The translations under genes and the position numbers were made by a program. From an uncultured Bacteroidales bacterium (GTDB taxonomy: Bacteria > Bacteroidota > Bacteroidia > Bacteroidales > VadinHA17), in contig CAWALO010000015.1 in assembly GCA_963782945.1 (NCBI GenBank), positions 71,239-135,238 of the forward strand: a stretch of 64,000 bases of DNA, in the 5' to 3' direction. Shown piece by piece: positions 28,964 through 38,097 of this stretch. How positions within the stretch are numbered: the first letter of the stretch is position 1; every line of letters begins with the position of its first letter. The notes under the pieces were generated by a model. It did not search any database. It saw only the letters and a program-made list of their open reading frames with translations, and was not told the DNA's origin.

Positions 28964-31900
28964 ATGAAAGAAGTTGTAAAGAAGGTGATAATCCTTGGAT
29001 CAGGTGCGCTAAAAATCGGGGAGGCCGGAGAGTTTGATTACTCAGGCTCACAAGCACTTAAAGCATTGAAAGAGGAGAATGTTGAAACAGTGCTTATTAA
29101 TCCCAATATCGCTACAGTTCAGACCTCTGAAGAGCTTGCTGACAAAATATATTTTCTTCCGGTCACCCCTTATTTTGTTGAAAAAGTTATTGCAAGGGAA
29201 AAACCTGATGGCATTCTTCTTTCATTCGGAGGCCAGACAGCTCTTAACTGTGGTACAGAACTGTTCAGGGCTGGCATCTTTGAAAAATATAATGTAAAGG
29301 TGCTTGGTACCCCCGTCTCAGCAATCATGGAAACAGAGGACCGGGAGCTGTTCGTGAAGAAACTCGATCAGATAAATGTCAGAACCCCAAGAAGTATTGC
29401 CGCTCTGGGAGTTGATGAAGCTATAGATGCTGCAGGCAAACTCGGGTTCCCTGTTATCATCCGGGCAGCTTATACACTCGGAGGACAGGGCAGCGGTTTT
29501 GCATCAGGCATTGATGAACTGAGAGCTCTTGCCGCCAGGGCATTCTCCTATTCAAATCAGATACTTGTAGAGGAATCTCTTAAAGGATGGAAAGAGGTTG
29601 AATATGAAGTTGTAAGAGACAGATTCGACAATTGCATCACAGTATGCAATATGGAAAATTTTGATCCTCTGGGTATTCATACAGGAGAAAGTATTGTGGT
29701 TGCTCCATCCCAGACCCTTACAAACAGTGAATATCATAAGCTTAGAGAACTGTCTATAAGGATTATCAGGCATATAGGCATTGTAGGGGAGTGTAATGTA
29801 CAGTATGCCCTGGCTCCCGATTCAGAGGATTACAGGGTGATAGAGGTTAATGCACGTCTTTCAAGGTCAAGTGCGCTTGCCTCAAAGGCAACTGGTTATC
29901 CGCTTGCATTTATTGCTGCAAAGCTTGGCATGGGATACGGACTCCATCAACTGAAAAATTCTGTAACAAAAAATACAACCGCATGCTTCGAACCGGCTCT
30001 TGATTATATTGTCTGTAAGATACCCCGCTGGGACCTGAATAAATTTGAGGGAGTTTCTCACCTCATCGGCAGCAGCATGAAAAGTGTTGGTGAGGTGATG
30101 GCAATAGGAAGGACATTCGAGGAGGCGATCCAGAAAGGATTGAGAATGATCGGTCAGGGGATGCATGGTTTCACGGGCAACCGCAACCTTGGCTTTGAAG
30201 ATGTTGAGAGGGAACTTTCCGAGCCTACCGATATGCGGATCTTTTCAATTACGGAGGCTCTGGATATGGGAATGGCTGTTGACCGGATCTATGAACTTAC
30301 CAAAATCGACAAATGGTTCCTGTACAAGCTCAGAAATATTATAGAGATAAAAAATAAGCTCTGTCATTTTAAGACGCTTGAGTCAATTCCTACTGATCTG
30401 CTCTCACACTCCAAGATCTATGGATTCAGTGATTTCCAGATTGCAAGGCATGTACTCAGATCGGATCCATCTGACATACATGATGATCTCATGAAGGTCA
30501 GGAGTTACCGTAAATCGCTGGGGATCGTTCCGTATATAAAACAAATTGATACCCTGGCTGCCGAATATCCGGCCGTTACAAATTATCTCTATCTTACTTA
30601 TAGTGGTTCAGAGCATGACATAATATGCGAAAACGATAAAAGATCTATTATCGTACTCGGCTCAGGGGCCTACAGGATAGGCTCAAGCGTTGAATTTGAC
30701 TGGTGCTCCGTCAATGCGATAGATACTATAAAAAAGGAGAAGTTCAGGTCAGTAATGATAAATTATAACCCTGAAACTGTAAGTACCGATTACGATATCT
30801 GCGACAGACTATATTTCGATGAGCTGACATTTGAAAGGGTTATGGATATTATTGACCTTGAGAATCCTGGCGGAGTTATTGTGTCAGTCGGCGGTCAGAT
30901 CCCCAACAACCTGGCTATGAGGCTGTATAATGAGAATGTTCCTGTTATGGGGACCTCTCCCATTTCTATTGACAGGGCAGAAAACAGACATAAGTTTTCA
31001 GCAATGCTCGATAATCTTGCTGTTGATCAGCCACGATGGAAAGAACTATCTTCAATTGATGATATTCATGAGTTTGTCGACCGTATCGGATTCCCGGTCC
31101 TGATCAGACCATCATATGTCTTATCCGGAGCTGCAATGAACGTTGTCTCAAATAAAAATGAGCTTACTCATTACCTTGAACTGGCAGCCCGGGTATCAAA
31201 ACAGTACCCTGTGGTAGTTTCAGAATTCATCGAAAATGCCAAGGAGATAGAGATCGATGCAGTGGCACGCGATGGTGATATGGTTGCCTATGCAATCAGT
31301 GAACATGTGGAGTTTGCCGGCGTACATTCCGGTGATGCTACAATGGTTTTCCCTGCTCAGAAAATATATTTTGAAACTTCCAGGCGCATAAAAAGAATTT
31401 CCCGTGAGATAGCAAAAGAACTCAATATTTCCGGTCCGTTCAATATTCAGTTTCTTGCAAAAGACAACGACATAAAAGTTATTGAATGCAACCTTCGCGC
31501 AAGCCGGAGCATGCCCTTTGTCTCAAAAGTTCTTAAATCAAACCTTATTGAGCTGGCGACAAAAGTAATGCTTGGCCTTCCAGCGGAAAAGCCATCCAAA
31601 ACAGTCTTCGAAATCGATTATGTAGGGGTTAAAGCTCCTCAGTTCAGCTTTTCAAGGCTCGCAAAAGCTGACCCGGTCCTTGGAGTTGATATGTCTTCCA
31701 CCGGTGAAGTCGGCTGTATAGGGGAAGGATTTTACGAAGCAATCCTTAAGGCAATGCTGTCTGTAGGTTACAGGGTGCCTAAAAAGAGCATCCTTCTGTC
31801 CACAGGGCCTGCACGGTCAAAAGTTGAACTGCTGAACAGCGCCAGGGCACTTCGTGAAAGAGGCCATAAGCTTTATGCCACCAGGGGAACACAGCAGTTC

Positions 31901-32185
31901 CTCGAAAATGCCGGAGTAGAAGCCCATGTGGCATACTGGCCGGATGAGAATCAATCTCCAAATACAATTGATCTCATCAAATCACGCGAAATAGATCTTG
32001 TGATCAACATTCCAAAAGATCTCAGTGCAACGGAACTCAATAATGACTATACAATAAGAAGAAGCGCAGTTGACTTCAATGTGCCGCTCATTACAAATGC
32101 AAGGCTGGCCAGTGCATATATACTCGCTTTCTGCAAACTCAGCATTGACGACCTTGCTATAAAGAGCTGGGATGAGTATAAGTAA
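28964..32185 (+). CDS. carB: Carbamoyl-phosphate synthase large subunit
   Basis: From MKEVVKKVIILGSGALKIGEAGEFDYSGSQA the length is 1,073 aa. The ATP-grasp halves are duplicated (a second ILGSGAYRIGSSVEFDW). The track's TTG start at 28925 is probably too far upstream. Confidence 0.95.
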   Translation: MKEVVKKVIILGSGALKIGEAGEFDYSGSQALKALKEENVETVLINPNIATVQTSEELADKIYFLPVTPYFVEKVIAREKPDGILLSFGGQTALNCGTELFRAGIFEKYNVKVLGTPVSAIMETEDRELFVKKLDQINVRTPRSIAALGVDEAIDAAGKLGFPVIIRAAYTLGGQGSGFASGIDELRALAARAFSYSNQILVEESLKGWKEVEYEVVRDRFDNCITVCNMENFDPLGIHTGESIVVAPSQTLTNSEYHKLRELSIRIIRHIGIVGECNVQYALAPDSEDYRVIEVNARLSRSSALASKATGYPLAFIAAKLGMGYGLHQLKNSVTKNTTACFEPALDYIVCKIPRWDLNKFEGVSHLIGSSMKSVGEVMAIGRTFEEAIQKGLRMIGQGMHGFTGNRNLGFEDVERELSEPTDMRIFSITEALDMGMAVDRIYELTKIDKWFLYKLRNIIEIKNKLCHFKTLESIPTDLLSHSKIYGFSDFQIARHVLRSDPSDIHDDLMKVRSYRKSLGIVPYIKQIDTLAAEYPAVTNYLYLTYSGSEHDIICENDKRSIIVLGSGAYRIGSSVEFDWCSVNAIDTIKKEKFRSVMINYNPETVSTDYDICDRLYFDELTFERVMDIIDLENPGGVIVSVGGQIPNNLAMRLYNENVPVMGTSPISIDRAENRHKFSAMLDNLAVDQPRWKELSSIDDIHEFVDRIGFPVLIRPSYVLSGAAMNVVSNKNELTHYLELAARVSKQYPVVVSEFIENAKEIEIDAVARDGDMVAYAISEHVEFAGVHSGDATMVFPAQKIYFETSRRIKRISREIAKELNISGPFNIQFLAKDNDIKVIECNLRASRSMPFVSKVLKSNLIELATKVMLGLPAEKPSKTVFEIDYVGVKAPQFSFSRLAKADPVLGVDMSSTGEVGCIGEGFYEAILKAMLSVGYRVPKKSILLSTGPARSKVELLNSARALRERGHKLYATRGTQQFLENAGVEAHVAYWPDENQSPNTIDLIKSREIDLVINIPKDLSATELNNDYTIRRSAVDFNVPLITNARLASAYILAFCKLSIDDLAIKSWDEYK

Positions 32186-32190
32186 AGAAA

Positions 32191-32306
32191 GGGAGAAGGG
32201 GAGAATGGGAGAATGGGAGAAAGGGAGAAGGGGAGAATGGGAGAATAGAGGACTGAGAGGGGAGAATGGGAGAAGGGGAGAATGGGAGAGGAGAATGAGA
32301 GGAGAA
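32191..32306 (+). repeat. Polypurine tandem array of the octamer N-GGGAGAA in strict 8-nt phase
   Basis: GGGAGAA starts at 32191, 32199, 32207, 32215, 32223, 32231 and 32239. A 13-nt break (tagaggactgaga) follows. The array resumes at 32260, 32268, 32276 and 32284 (the last is GGGAGAG), then a degenerate GAGAAT GAGAG GAGAAT tail. Spacer bases a,g,t,t,a,g,t imply a 32-nt higher-order unit. I counted 9 pyrimidines in 32186-32306. Confidence 0.9.
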
Positions 32307-32310
32307 TCGA

Positions 32311-32349
32311 AGCCGTGTTACTCCGTGAAAAACTCAGTGTAACTCAGTG
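32311..32349 (+). repeat. Heptamer module AGCCGTG / CTCCGTG / CTCAGTG / CTCAGTG
   Basis: Heptamers start at 32311, 32321, 32333 and 32343 (spacing 10, 12, 10), followed by gttaaaaag. Related modules occur at 7626-7699 and 42031-42058. Confidence 0.6.
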
Positions 32350-32380
32350 GTTAAAAAGAAACGAGAATAATTAAGACAAG

Positions 32381-32830
32381 ATGATAACCATCCGTAAAGC
32401 AACACCAAAGGACGCAGAAGTAATTATAGATTTTCAGCAGAAGATGGCATGGGAAACAGAAATGATGACTCTTGCGACAGATATTGTCACCAAAGGAGTT
32501 AATGCAGTATTCTCCAATACTGCTTTAGGACAGTATTGGGTCGCAGATGATGATGGTCAGGTTGTGGCCTCCCTGCTTATAACTTATGAATGGAGCGACT
32601 GGAGGAATGCAAATGTCTGGTGGTTTCAGTCAGTTTACGTCCTACCTTCACACAGAAGGTCAGGCATCTTCAGATCCATGTACATGCATATCAGAAATGA
32701 GGGCGAACTCACCGGAGTAGCCGGACTTCGTCTTTATGTTGAAACAAATAATACGAGAGCACATAAAACCTATGAAGCTCTAGGAATGAAGCGTGAGCAT
32801 TATGCAATGTATGAGTGGATGAAGGAATAA
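32381..32830 (+). CDS. GNAT family N-acetyltransferase
   Basis: 149 aa. The acetyl-CoA-binding-type segment VLPSHRRSGIFRSM is in the usual GNAT position. Confidence 0.8.
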   Translation: MITIRKATPKDAEVIIDFQQKMAWETEMMTLATDIVTKGVNAVFSNTALGQYWVADDDGQVVASLLITYEWSDWRNANVWWFQSVYVLPSHRRSGIFRSMYMHIRNEGELTGVAGLRLYVETNNTRAHKTYEALGMKREHYAMYEWMKE

Positions 32831-32833
32831 GCA

Positions 32834-33922
32834 ATGCATTGGCTGCCGGTTATACTGATACTGCCATATTTTTTTCTGATTCTGAAGATCTACAGGAATC
32901 TGCTGAAGATAATTCCTTTCAATGCCTCATCGGCTCCTTCAACATATGTCTCGGTTATAATTGCCTGCAGGAATGAGCAGGAGAAACTCCCGTTAATTCT
33001 TAAAAGCATTTCGGGGCAGGATTATCCCGAAGAGTTATTCGAAGTATTAATAGTTGATGATAATTCAACTGATAATACATTTGAAACAGCTTCAGAAAAT
33101 ATCAGTTCTGACAGATTCTTTGTATTGAAAAACAGAGGAGAGGGAAAGAAAGCTGCGATAAGAACCGGGATTCATGCTTCCGCAGGCAGGCTCATTATCA
33201 CTACAGATGCTGATTGCACAATGGGGAAAAGCTGGATAAAGATGATAGCAGCTTTTTATGAGAAGACAGATCCGGATATGATTATATGTCCTGTTCAGCT
33301 TGCAGAACATTGTGGATTTTTCTCAAGGTTTCAGGAGCTGGAATATTTGAGCCTGCAGGGTATCACAGCGGGAAGCGCAATTGCAGGTAACGGAATTATG
33401 TGCAATGGTGCTAATCTTGCCTTTACCAGGGAGGCCTATCTGAGGCAGATTGATAATCTGCATCAGGAGTTAGCCACCGGGGATGATGTTTTCATGCTGC
33501 ACAGTCTGAAAAAAGAAATTGAATCACGAATCATGTGGCTTGAATCAAATGATGCTGTTGTTTCAACTGCCCCTTCATCATCCGTATCTTCCTTTCTCCG
33601 CCAGAGAAAGAGGTGGATCTCCAAATGGAATGCCTACACAGACAAAACTACAATACTTGCCGGTATTGTGACATTTGCTGCAACACTGGTGCAGTTATAT
33701 GCTTTTATTTCTGTTTTCTTCAATATCTCTTTTATCTGGACCTTCCTGTCAGTGCTGATTATAAAATCTTCGGTTGATTTTCTGATTCTCCGGAATACAA
33801 CTTCGAGATATGGGAAAACACATCTGTTGTACTGGTTTATTCCGGCACAGCTTATATATCCTATTTATGTAATGGCTGTTATATTGTACTCCCTGATTCC
33901 TGTTTCAGACAAGGCTGGCTAA
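32834..33922 (+). CDS. Membrane-bound family 2 glycosyltransferase (processive-type motifs)
   Basis: N-terminal TM segment, VSVIIACRNE, DDNSTD, TDADC, the Q-x-x-RW-like QRKRW and C-terminal TM helices. Confidence 0.8.
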   Translation: MHWLPVILILPYFFLILKIYRNLLKIIPFNASSAPSTYVSVIIACRNEQEKLPLILKSISGQDYPEELFEVLIVDDNSTDNTFETASENISSDRFFVLKNRGEGKKAAIRTGIHASAGRLIITTDADCTMGKSWIKMIAAFYEKTDPDMIICPVQLAEHCGFFSRFQELEYLSLQGITAGSAIAGNGIMCNGANLAFTREAYLRQIDNLHQELATGDDVFMLHSLKKEIESRIMWLESNDAVVSTAPSSSVSSFLRQRKRWISKWNAYTDKTTILAGIVTFAATLVQLYAFISVFFNISFIWTFLSVLIIKSSVDFLILRNTTSRYGKTHLLYWFIPAQLIYPIYVMAVILYSLIPVSDKAG

Positions 33923-36099
33923 TTTCCCATTTCTGAGAGGAATTTGATCCTCATCAACCTTATCTCATCTTCCTCGAAATCGTTTCCCAGCTCTTTTATG
34001 GCGTCAGCAAGCGAGTCAGATTCAGCCTCTTCCCTGAAATATGCGTAGATATCGTGTTGACGTTCTTCATCAATTACTGAATTTATGTAATAGTCGAGGT
34101 TTATCCTTGTTCCGGAATTGACAATGGCTTCAATCTCAGATAAAAGTTCTCCCATCTCCATCCCTTTTGCCTCGGCAATATCCTCAAGCGATCTTTTCAT
34201 ATCGATACTCTGGATAATATAGACTTTAATGCCGGATTTATTGACAACAGATTTTACCACCATATCGAGAGGCCGGATTATCTCTTTTTCCTCAACGTAC
34301 CTCTTAATGATTTCAATAAATTCTTTCCCGTACCGCTGCGCCTTACCTGCGCCTACTCCTGAAATATTCTGAAGTTCATCAATTGTAATCGGGTACTGGA
34401 TGGCCATATCTTCAAGTGATGGATCCTGGAATATAACAAACGGGGGCACTTCTTTTATCTTGGAAAGTTTTTTCCGCAAATCCTTCAGGATACTGAAAAG
34501 CTCCTCATCAACAGCTGCGGTTCTTGCTCCGAAAGCATTCTCTTCATCCACAGTATCTGCATAATCATGATCCTCAGCGAGCATGAATGAGAAAGGCTTT
34601 TCGAGGAATTCAATTCCTTTCTGTGTAAGCTTCAGAAGGCCGTAATTCTCAATATCCTTTGTAAGAAATTTGGCAATAAGCGCCTGCCTGATAACCATAT
34701 TCCAGAATTTCTCATCCTTGTCGTCCCCTATTCCGAAGAATTCGAGTTTATGGTGTTTATATGATTTGATTGCGGAGGTAACCTTTCCCGAAAGGATATT
34801 TGAAATATGATCGGCCTTAAATTTTTCCTTTACGGCGAGGATAGTCTCAAGAACACTGACAACTGCTTCATTCCCTTCAAACTGTGCTTTAGGATGAAGG
34901 CAGTTGTCGCACGCTTCGCAGTTTTCCTTCTGATACTCTTCCCCAAAATAGTGAAGCAGCAGCTTCCTCCTGCAAACAGATGATTCAGCATATGAAACAG
35001 TCTCAAGAAGAAGTTGTTTGCCTATCTCCTGTTCTGCAATCGGCTTTCCCTGCATGAACTTCTCAAGTTTCACTATATCATTGTAACTGTAATATGCTAT
35101 ACAATTCCCTTCACCGCCATCACGGCCTGCACGTCCGGTCTCCTGATAATAACCTTCAAGGCTTTTCGGAATATCGTAGTGAATCACAAACCTGACATCA
35201 GGTTTATCAATCCCCATTCCAAAGGCGATAGTTGCAACAATGATATCTGCCTCCTCCATCAGGAACTTATCCTGGTTGGCCGTTCGTGTGGCAGAATCCA
35301 TTCCGGCATGATAAGGCAGCGATTTGATGCCGTTTACCTTAAGTACTTCTGCAATTTCCTCAACCTTCTTGCGGCTAAGACAATAAATTATCCCTGATTT
35401 ACCCGCATTGTTCTTTATATATTTTATTATCTCCTTTGTTACATCCTGTTTCGATTTTACCTCATAATATAGGTTTGGCCTGTTAAAGGATGATTTGAAT
35501 ACATCTGCATCAAGTATTCCAAGGTTTTTCTGAATATCATGCTGAACTTTCGGTGTGGCTGTTGCAGTAAGTGCTATGATCGGCGATCTTCCTATTGTAT
35601 CAATAATAGGCCTTATGCGTCTGTATTCAGGACGGAAATCATGACCCCATTCCGAAATGCAGTGAGCCTCATCAATAGCGTAAAAGGAGATCTTTATATT
35701 TTTAAGGAATTCAATATTTTCCTCTTTTGTAAGGGATTCCGGTGCAACATAAAGCAACTTTGCACTACCCGACAGTACATCCTTCTTGACCCTGTTAATC
35801 TCAGTCTTTGTCAGTGATGAATTCAGAAAGTGCGCTACATCATCATCAGTACTGAAGTTGCGCATCGCATCCACCTGATTCTTCATGAGGGCTATAAGCG
35901 GAGAAATAACAATTGCAGTACCCTGCTTCATTACTGCAGGCAACTGATAACAAAGCGACTTCCCCCCCCCTGTCGGCATAAGCACGAAGGTATCCCTGCC
36001 TTCGAGGACATTCTTTATTATAGGCTCCTGATTCCCCTTGAAAGTACCAAATCCAAAATACTTTTTAAGGTAATCATGTATATTATCATCATTAAGCAT
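33919..36099 (-). CDS. recQ: ATP-dependent DNA helicase RecQ
   Basis: 726 aa. Contains FGFGTFKGNQ, PTGGGKSLCYQ, DEAHCISEWGHDFRP and a Zn-binding C4 region. The C-terminal HRDC region is GVGAGKAQRYG. Confidence 0.95.
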   Translation of the reverse strand: MLNDDNIHDYLKKYFGFGTFKGNQEPIIKNVLEGRDTFVLMPTGGGKSLCYQLPAVMKQGTAIVISPLIALMKNQVDAMRNFSTDDDVAHFLNSSLTKTEINRVKKDVLSGSAKLLYVAPESLTKEENIEFLKNIKISFYAIDEAHCISEWGHDFRPEYRRIRPIIDTIGRSPIIALTATATPKVQHDIQKNLGILDADVFKSSFNRPNLYYEVKSKQDVTKEIIKYIKNNAGKSGIIYCLSRKKVEEIAEVLKVNGIKSLPYHAGMDSATRTANQDKFLMEEADIIVATIAFGMGIDKPDVRFVIHYDIPKSLEGYYQETGRAGRDGGEGNCIAYYSYNDIVKLEKFMQGKPIAEQEIGKQLLLETVSYAESSVCRRKLLLHYFGEEYQKENCEACDNCLHPKAQFEGNEAVVSVLETILAVKEKFKADHISNILSGKVTSAIKSYKHHKLEFFGIGDDKDEKFWNMVIRQALIAKFLTKDIENYGLLKLTQKGIEFLEKPFSFMLAEDHDYADTVDEENAFGARTAAVDEELFSILKDLRKKLSKIKEVPPFVIFQDPSLEDMAIQYPITIDELQNISGVGAGKAQRYGKEFIEIIKRYVEEKEIIRPLDMVVKSVVNKSGIKVYIIQSIDMKRSLEDIAEAKGMEMGELLSEIEAIVNSGTRINLDYYINSVIDEERQHDIYAYFREEAESDSLADAIKELGNDFEEDEIRLMRIKFLSEMGN

Positions 36100-36326
36100 A
36101 TCTATTCAAAATGATATAAACGGGATTCTGTAAATAAAATGTTATTTACAGGTAATATAAAGTTAATAAAATTCCTGATGAAACAATTGTTTTTTTTTAT
36201 TATTAACATTAATGACTTTATAAGGCTGAAAATAGTTTTTCTGGTATCAAAGAATTAGATGTTGTTTTGCAGAAGAAGATTTATCATCTTTACAGGCTGA
36301 TTTTAAACCAATTTATATAACTTTTC

Positions 36327-37202
36327 ATGGCAACGTTTTGGAATAAGGGGAAGAAGGGTGAAAAAGAGATGTCATTTCTTGAACATCTCGAAGAGTTAAG
36401 ATGGCATATTATACGTTCAATTTTGGCTGTCTTAATTCTTATGATAATAGCGTTTATCTTTAAAAACGTCATTTTCAATACTGTAATTCTTGGTCCCAAA
36501 AATCCGGAATTTATTACAAACAGGCTGCTTTGTCAGCTTGGTGATTATTTCAATACATCGGCATTATGCATCAATACAAAACCACTTAATCTCATTAATA
36601 TTAAGATGTCGGGCCAGCTGACTACTCATATTACAGTATCTATGGTCGCAGGTGTGATACTTGCCTTTCCTGTTATACTCTGGGAGTTCTGGCAATTCTT
36701 CAAGCCTGCCCTGCGTCCCAATGAGGCCAGGTATGCCCAGGGGGCCGTCTTTGCAGCTTCAATGCTTTTTTTTACAGGTGTCCTTTTTGGATTCTTCTTG
36801 CTGGCTCCCCTCTCAATTCACTTTCTGAGCTCCTATGAAATAAGTGCAGATGTTGTCAATCAGATAAATGTCAGGTCATATATCGGCACTCTGACATCTA
36901 TATGTCTTGCTACAGGTCTTGTATTCGAACTTCCTATAGTAGCTTTCTTCCTTACAAAAATTGGTATTATTACTCCAACCTTCATGAGAAAATACAGGAA
37001 ACATGCTATCGTTGTAATATTTATTCTCGCCGCCATCATAACCCCTCCCGATGTTTTCTCACAGACACTTGTCTGTATTCCGCTCCTGATTTTGTATGAG
37101 GTTAGTATTCTCATATCCGCGAGGGTTATGAAACAAAAAGAAAAAGATCATGAAGATTTCCTCAGGGATGATGAAGCCAAGACTGAAACGGTAACTTCAT
37201 AG
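36327..37202 (+). CDS. tatC: Twin-arginine translocase subunit TatC
   Basis: Contains SFLEHLEELRWHII and six TM helices. An alternative start at the ATG at 36369 (MSFLEH) is possible. Confidence 0.9.
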   Translation: MATFWNKGKKGEKEMSFLEHLEELRWHIIRSILAVLILMIIAFIFKNVIFNTVILGPKNPEFITNRLLCQLGDYFNTSALCINTKPLNLINIKMSGQLTTHITVSMVAGVILAFPVILWEFWQFFKPALRPNEARYAQGAVFAASMLFFTGVLFGFFLLAPLSIHFLSSYEISADVVNQINVRSYIGTLTSICLATGLVFELPIVAFFLTKIGIITPTFMRKYRKHAIVVIFILAAIITPPDVFSQTLVCIPLLILYEVSILISARVMKQKEKDHEDFLRDDEAKTETVTS

Positions 37203-37210
37203 CAGCATAA

Positions 37211-37936
37211 ATGAAACTTTATACTGAAAATCTGGTAAAAAAATACCGCAGCAGGACCGTCGTTGACAATGTTTCAGTTGAGGTTGAACAGGGGGAGATC
37301 GTTGGATTGCTGGGGCCCAATGGTGCCGGTAAAACCACAACATTTTACATGATCGTCGGACTTATAAGGCCCAGAGAAGGGAAAATATTCCTCGATGATG
37401 AAGATATCACTACCCTGCCTGTATATAAGCGAGCCAGGAAAGGCATAGGGTATCTTGCCCAGGAGGCTTCAGTATTCAGAAATATGTCAGTTGAAGATAA
37501 TATCAGAGCTGTTCTGGAGATGTCTGGATTCCCTGTTGAAGAACAGAGAGAACGTCTCGAGAGTCTTCTTGGTGAATTCGGACTGAATAAAATAAGAAAA
37601 AGCAAAGGTATCCAGCTCTCCGGTGGTGAAAGAAGACGTACTGAAATTGCAAGAGCACTCGCACTCAAGCCCAAGTTCATATTGCTTGACGAGCCCTTTG
37701 CGGGTGTTGACCCCATTGCCGTTGAAGATATTCAGGAAATTGTATCAAAACTAAGGGATAAACAAATAGGTATCCTCATAACCGATCATAACGTCCATGA
37801 GACACTTTCTATTACCGATCGGGCATACCTCCTGTTCGAGGGACGTATCCTTAAATCAGGGACAGCAATTCAACTGGCAGATGATGAGCATGTAAGAAAA
37901 GTCTACCTGGGAAAGAACTTTGAGCTGCGCAAGTAA
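37211..37936 (+). CDS. lptB: LPS export ABC transporter ATP-binding protein
   Basis: 241 aa. Contains [28 protein letters not shown] and the LptB-typical C-terminus VRKVYLG. Confidence 0.9.
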   Translation: MKLYTENLVKKYRSRTVVDNVSVEVEQGEIVGLLGPNGAGKTTTFYMIVGLIRPREGKIFLDDEDITTLPVYKRARKGIGYLAQEASVFRNMSVEDNIRAVLEMSGFPVEEQRERLESLLGEFGLNKIRKSKGIQLSGGERRRTEIARALALKPKFILLDEPFAGVDPIAVEDIQEIVSKLRDKQIGILITDHNVHETLSITDRAYLLFEGRILKSGTAIQLADDEHVRKVYLGKNFELRK

Positions 37937-37945
37937 TACAACAAG

Positions 37946-37976
37946 TTTGTTTTGATGATAATTTATTATACTTTTG
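37946..37976 (+). promoter_or_regulatory. Bacteroidota sigma-A-type promoter for tRNA-Leu/tig (-33 TTTG, -7 TACTTTTG)
   Basis: TTTG at 37946-37949, 19 nt of spacer, then TACTTTTG at 37969-37976. The tRNA starts at 37991. Confidence 0.5.
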
Positions 37977-37990
37977 CGAAAATTTTTACC

Positions 37991-38073
37991 GCGGATGTGT
38001 CGTAATTGGTAGCCGAGCAAGACTTAGGATCTTGTGTCTTCGTGACGTGGGGGTTCGAGTCCCTTCATCCGCA
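37991..38073 (+). tRNA. tRNA-Leu (anticodon UAG), type II with a long variable arm
   Basis: Folded by hand. Acceptor stem GCGGATG/CATCCGC with discriminator A. D arm TCG-TAATTGGTAGC-CGA. Anticodon stem CAAGA/TCTTG with loop CTTAGGA. Variable arm about 15 nt. T arm GGGGG-TTCGAGT-CCCTT (two G-U pairs). No CCA is encoded. Confidence 0.9.
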
Positions 38074-38097
38074 CAAATGTTTCAAACAAATAATACA

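Noticed and set aside
32191-32306. Possibility that the tandem array is a CRISPR array or coding repeat
   Set aside because: The period is only 8 nt and there are no unique spacers, so it is not CRISPR. There is no start codon, and the purine-only composition in all frames argues against coding.
37991-38073. tRNA-Leu as an integration site of a mobile element or genomic island
   Set aside because: There is no integrase, no transposase and no direct repeat of the tRNA 3' end. The flanking genes (lptB, tig, clpP, clpX) are core housekeeping genes.
38032-38097. Track start of the trigger factor ORF at 38032
   Set aside because: This extension overlaps the 3' half of tRNA-Leu (37991-38073). The conserved trigger-factor N-terminus begins at the ATG at 38098.
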